Below are positions 62,448 through 64,000 of a DNA stretch of 64,000 nucleotides, piece by piece (position 1 is the stretch's first letter; every line of letters begins with the position of its first letter). The position numbers were made by a program, and so were the translations under genes. The notes beneath the pieces were generated by a model. The model searched no databases. It saw nothing but the letters and a program-made list of their open reading frames with translations, and was not told where the DNA came from. This DNA comes from Leucoraja erinacea (taxonomy: Eukaryota): positions 68,758,001 through 68,822,000 of the forward strand of contig NC_073382.1 of NCBI RefSeq assembly GCF_028641065.1, given 5' to 3'.

Positions 62448-63169
62448 ACAATTTTGTTCCTGCTTACTTTCTGTAGGGTAGCATTTTCCGAGAGCAACGA
62501 AACACAATCTGGACAGAACATAGGTAAAATTGAAAGAATATTAAATAGAATCATATATTCTAAATAAATGCAAGAAGCACTGCATAAGCACATCAAAAAG
62601 AGTTGCTGTCTATAGAAAGCAACCCAGAGAAAGTGAAAGATGGGAATATTGTGATGAGACATAGATATAATAATAGTTAACAATATGATCATCAAAGCCA
62701 CCTATTATAAAGAACCAGAAATTCACCTGATTTGATAATGAAATCAATTCTTCCTAGTAATAGTGGAGTTTCCCCTTTAGCAGTGAAATTGTACGCCTTA
62801 TAACATTTATTTCTTAAACAAAACAGTCCTTCAAAGAGACCATATTGAAATCGTTGTCATTTACAAAGTGCTGGAGGAAGACCTCAGCGATTCTTTATCA
62901 GTCTAAGATAAGAATGGCCCCGGGACGTGGTCTGTCCTTTACGCTCCAGGGATGCCGCCTGACCCGCTGAGTTCCCCCAGCACCTTGTTTTATTTTATCC
63001 AAGCTTCCAGCATCTGCAGCCTCTGGTGTCGTCGTTGTAATTTACAGTGGGGGCGAGAGACTTGTGGAAACCCGCGTTAGTTCAATCTGTAGAAACGTCG
63101 CCCATTCCCTCTCTCCAGAGATGCTGCTGCCTGTCCCGCTGATTTACTCCAGCATTTTGTGTCTATCTT

Positions 63170-64000
63170 ACAACAGGTGAAGCCTTGCAGTCATCAGATG
63201 GCCCGGGACTGCAGCGATTGCACAGTGGCGCTCGCTAGGACCCAGAGGGCCGGGGCTGTGCTGCAGGAGGTGAAGCGCTGCCATTCCTCTCATTCCGCTG
63301 TGAATGGGGCTGATTGTTGTCGGCTGGCGAAGCTCTCCCTCCGGCTGAAGCCTTTCCCCCCCCCGCCCGCAGCAGCCGCTCGCCTCGGCTCCACTCGGTT
63401 CGTTGCTCTTTCTCTCTCGGTTGGCAATGGGTGGGGGCAGTGGCGTTGCAAGGATCGCTTCCAAATTGGCTGGTTCCTGCAAACTTTGGAGCAACTTTGC
63501 AAGAGGCAGCTGGAGGCGGGCACTTCGGCGAACAAAGTTATCTGCGGGCTGGACTCGAAGGTTTGAGGAAGGTTTGGGGTGGGGGGGGAGCTTTGCCTCG
63601 ATTGAGCGGGTACCGCTGTTGTCTTGGGGGCAACTGATGCTGGGGTGTGGAGGGGAGGGGACGGGGTTGAGCCGAGCTGCAGCCCGCCTGCGAGAGGGGG
63701 AGTCCCGGGAGCGGCTTGGCGCAGCTCGGCTCGGCTGGCGGCGGATGAATGGGGAAGCGGGCGTTGGGCTCTTGCTCCTCACCTGCCGGCCTCTCGGACC
63801 CGGCTCCTCACTGACTCTGTCCCCTGGCTGGCGAGGAGGGTTGCTCCCGCCCGGCCCCAGCCACTGACTGAGTACCGAGCGGGCCCGCTTTAAGGTACAA
63901 CAAAGGCGCAATTTCGCCGAGTTGGGGCTTCCACTTGTTGTAGATGTGGGACAGAGTGTGGAGCAGTCCGTTGCCCCACGTTTAGTTTCTCTGTACGGCG
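63170..64000. promoter_or_regulatory. CpG island / probable promoter and first exon of the next gene (possibly AMOTL1)
   Basis: Abrupt shift to GC- and CpG-rich non-repeat sequence; tandem CATTCC-3nt-CATTCC (TEAD) at 63282-63296. The AMOTL1 identity is inferred only from mammalian gene order. Confidence 0.55.

Noticed and set aside
63168-63911. 247-aa minus-strand ORF and overlapping plus-strand ORFs
   Set aside because: Pro/Arg/Ser-rich with no recognisable domain; several frames are open at once, as expected in a CpG island.

Overview
Vertebrate genomic DNA. The repeat content (V-SINE/HE1-like tRNA SINEs, HER1/CR1-like LINEs, abundant Penelope-derived repeats) points to a cartilaginous fish, probably a skate or ray (inference). 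The + strand carries the last eight coding exons of a PIWI-clade Argonaute most like PIWIL4/MIWI2 (2672-23466). The frame is open across GT-AG junctions, but the catalytic tetrad reads D-E-D-C instead of D-E-D-H. The rest is mostly transposon-derived: a BEL/Pao LTR element with both LTRs and a TSD, a CsRN1-type Gypsy fragment, many CR1, L2 and Rex/Babar LINEs, three hAT-like DNA elements with 6-, 7- and 8-bp TSDs, and three PIF/Harbinger MITEs. About 20 short Penelope-derived insertions occur, many carrying a hammerhead-ribozyme core, often TSD-flanked and partly inverted. Further candidates are a histone H1-derived fragment in the last PIWIL4 intron, an orphan ATG-bearing exon with a SAM-like peptide (45501-45617), a strong CTCF site (50722), and a CpG island with tandem TEAD sites at the window end (possibly the AMOTL1 promoter). 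There is one N-gap (40041-40207) and signs of local assembly chimerism. All calls were read by eye, and no database searches were run.
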